64,000 bases of DNA. It comes from Thalia democratica (taxonomy: Eukaryota). The stretch covers positions 53,444,001-53,508,000 of the forward strand of contig OZ241832.1 in assembly GCA_965202585.1 (NCBI GenBank), given 5' to 3'. Position numbers and translations under genes: made by a program. Within the stretch, counting starts at the first letter, position 1, and each line of letters starts with the position of its first letter. The notes below the pieces were generated by a model that did not search any database, was not told where the DNA came from, and saw only the letters and a list, made by a program, of their open reading frames with translations. Below are positions 62,801-64,000 of this stretch, piece by piece.

Positions 62801-64000
62801 CTTTGAAATAAGTTTCATGTAAAGCAATGTTTATAAATAGTAGAATACTTTAATACACTTATTTTTAGTTGTTTTGGGTTTTTATGCAGCCTTATTGTTT
62901 TCAATACCCAGTTTATAACTACAAAAAGTTTTTTATTCATTAGAGTTCAGGTCTTATTTTTCAATACTTACAGGTTGATATTTTGAAGAACTTCCTGAAA
63001 ATTAGAGACTACTGCCTTAAGTATAAAGTGATTTTTTAAGCTTGATATTTTTTTAACAGATAGTCGTAAAGCTCCCTTCGTTTTACTAGTAGGCTAATTT
63101 TATTTATCTTTCACATCTTCTTTTCTCGTACTTGAAAAAGTTTAAAGATTTAAATAAATTTATTTATAATCAGTTTTAAACATACAAAGCAAAAATAAAG
63201 GTGAAATGTTTCAACGTTTTTACCTTTTCAAAATGATTTATATTCTAATTACAGTTTTGAGTTAAAACTTTGTGCTTTGAAAATTTTGTTTCCTATCATC
63301 TATTTATCTTACTACGACTTTTATGTGTAGTAAATTCTTTCTTACATGATTAAAAAAAAATCTCTACAACTGTTGAACTGTAAAATCTTGTTTGTATTAA
63401 AATGGCTAACAATAATCAGTTTAAAAGTGCAAACATTTTACAGGAAGGACAAAAGTTGCACCAGCTAATAGGAATGGCCTTCATATTCTCATACACATGG
63501 GCAATCGCTGGCAACATAGATGAGAGTTGCTACGACGAATTCGACACATTTCTCAGAGCGCTCGTGGAAGACTGCAATGACCTTAAGGTTTGTACTTGAA
63601 TCTAACTCCACTTTAATTTATGTGTGAAAAATATAACTTCTTTTGTACTATCATTGCATATTGTAAGTAAAATAATATTTTTATCAGTTTAAACTAAGTT
63701 GTTTGCAAATCACTAGTTTACTTCAGTTGAAAACATAATGCAATAATTAATTTTAGTATTCTTCATTTTTTTTAAAATAATGTAGTAGTTTCATGTACTT
63801 TAAAAAACAGACACCAAACAACGGAGATGTATTCAGTCACGTGGTTGATTTTGAATCAAAGAGATACGAACTGTGGGACAGATACGTTGCAAAGTTCGTG
63901 TATGACAAGAAGCAGCCCTTCTTCGAAATTCTGGTGCCCACCGTTGACACCACCAGGTTCGGATTTCTCATGGACAAGCTCCTGGACGTCGGACAATCTG
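41859..64000 (+). CDS. DNAH6: Axonemal inner-arm dynein heavy chain, DNAH6-like; 5' part (tail, linker, AAA1, AAA2, start of AAA3), continuing past the window
   Basis: 40 exons, all GT-AG and phase-consistent: 41859-41958, 46517-46674, 46987-47172, 47587-47876, 48323-48520, 48686-48830, 48926-49119, 49256-49370, 49632-49732, 50060-50189, 50259-50310, 50497-50620, 50765-50939, 51186-51313, 51384-51528, 51735-51989, 52142-52291, 52457-52585, 53011-53166, 53228-53329, 53387-53502, 53698-53950, 54131-54250, 54310-54473, 54545-54719, 54793-54937, 54997-55338, 55442-55611, 55752-55955, 56098-56243, 56318-56443, 56512-56755, 56877-57032, 57136-57279, 57385-57657, 57883-58053, 58179-58363, 58527-58644, 63444-63587, 63811-end. 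Motifs: [14 protein letters not shown] (AAA1 Walker A), CFDEFNRI-type Walker B (here CCDEFNRI), GPTGGGKT (AAA2), [35 protein letters not shown] and [10 protein letters not shown] match DNAH6 as recalled. Exons 1-4 and the exon 21/22 junction are less certain. Confidence 0.88.
43271..43961. mobile_element. Non-autonomous TIR element, Kolobok-like, with internal palindrome (in dynein intron 1)
   Basis: GCATAGGGGGGGT / ACCCCCCCTATGC inverted ends. The right end finishes ...GCTC followed by TTAA; the left flank is degenerate. Internal inverted pair CACTAAAAA..ATCAATCTTCTTCTTCATTTTTTGA / TCAAATAATGAAGGAGGAGATTGATTTTTAGTG. Confidence 0.6.
44739..44947 (+). mobile_element. 209-bp hAT (Charlie-type) MITE
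   Basis: Ends CAAGGGTCGGCAAA and CCTGCCTACCCCTG. Perfect 8-bp TSD GTATAGAA at 44731-44738 and 44948-44955. Confidence 0.85.
45138..45477 (+). mobile_element. 340-bp hAT (Charlie-type) MITE
   Basis: Ends TAGAGGTCGGCAG and TTTGCCAACCCCTG; GCGGGCC/GGCCGC subterminal motifs; flanks TATTACAC / TATTACTA (6/8). Confidence 0.75.
58682..58709. repeat. (TA)n microsatellite; further tracts at 61511-61532 and 61893-61931
   Basis: Directly visible dinucleotide runs. Confidence 0.9.
58730..59425 (-). mobile_element. 5'-truncated Penelope-like retroelement (copy A1): GIY-YIG endonuclease C-terminal part, 3'UTR and hammerhead-bearing terminal repeat
   Basis: With one frameshift it reads [53 protein letters not shown]...CRLCLKE...[13 protein letters not shown], the typical C-terminal EN of PLEs. 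The terminal ~130 bp (58730-58860) is repeated at 59465-59590. Confidence 0.85.
58791..58831 (-). ncRNA. Minimal type I hammerhead ribozyme (core variant CUGAUGG)
   Basis: Minus strand: TGAAG CTGATGG GTGC-ATAG-GCAC GAAA C-TCGA-G TC / CTTTG. Stem I (5 bp, two G-U), stem II (4 bp), minimal stem III, GUC cleavage triplet. Confidence 0.85.
59525..59565 (-). ncRNA. Minimal type I hammerhead ribozyme (core variant UUGAUGA)
   Basis: Minus strand: TGAAG TTGATGA GTGC-ATAG-GCAC GAAA C-TCGA-G TT / CTTCA. Perfect 5-bp stem I, GUU triplet. Confidence 0.85.
59760..60170 (-). pseudogene. Penelope-like GIY-YIG endonuclease relic, subfamily B
   Basis: Across frameshifts: [49 protein letters not shown].../[13 protein letters not shown].../[13 protein letters not shown]...SLNKK. 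Confidence 0.85.
60900..61070 (-). pseudogene. Penelope-like RT-EN linker relic
   Basis: [41 protein letters not shown] resembles the PLE linker [38 protein letters not shown]. Confidence 0.7.
61090..61420 (-). pseudogene. Penelope-like GIY-YIG endonuclease relic, subfamily C
   Basis: FCVTKLIY...[71 protein letters not shown]. Confidence 0.8.
61560..61900 (-). mobile_element. Short 3' fragment of Penelope-like subfamily A (copy A3) with decayed hammerhead
   Basis: [23 protein letters not shown]; downstream relic GCTGG..ATGA..stem..GAAAC-ACTT-GTA/CCAGT. Confidence 0.7.
61960..62760 (-). mobile_element. Penelope-like subfamily A copy A2 (linker, complete EN relic, 3' end)
   Basis: QCICAGGCK.../[71 protein letters not shown]...CRMCLK. 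The 3' end has GAGCCCAC, as in the 58730 repeat. Confidence 0.85.

Noticed and set aside
62975-63010. TTACAG acceptor-like site as an extra dynein exon
   Set aside because: Exon 58527-58644 joins 63444 in frame with no gap relative to recalled DNAH6.
41859-64000. Non-canonical introns or alternative genetic code
   Set aside because: All 39 dynein and 7 EGF-gene introns can be modelled as GT-AG with the standard code.
1-64000. rRNA, tRNA, CRISPR arrays, prokaryotic operons
   Set aside because: None seen; the short repeat arrays lack constant repeats with unique spacers, and the context is eukaryotic.

Overview
AT-rich genomic DNA from an intron-rich eukaryote, most likely a ciliated invertebrate animal (inference). 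Host genes: (1) an intronless calpain-like cysteine protease on the minus strand at about 1.6-2.9 kb; (2) an 8-exon, 285-aa secreted EGF/cysteine-rich protein with a GPI-type tail (minus, 17223-21771), which the ORF track misses entirely; (3) a single-exon amphipathic-helix ORF at 35.9-36.4 kb; (4) the first 40 exons of an axonemal inner-arm dynein heavy chain, DNAH6-like (plus, 41859 to beyond the window end). The rest is rich in transposons: a full-length but dead Buster/Charlie hAT with exact TIRs and an 8-bp TSD, several hAT MITEs (one with a 6-bp TSD), a ~1-kb foldback palindrome, a Kolobok-like element and a 2-kb tandem duplication. The most striking part is the 4.8-kb dynein intron (58645-63443). 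It is packed with Penelope-like retroelement (GIY-YIG) fragments of several subfamilies, all antisense to the host gene, and carries two recognisable minimal hammerhead ribozymes plus two decayed ones. All alignments and family calls were made by eye or from recalled motifs; no database search was run.
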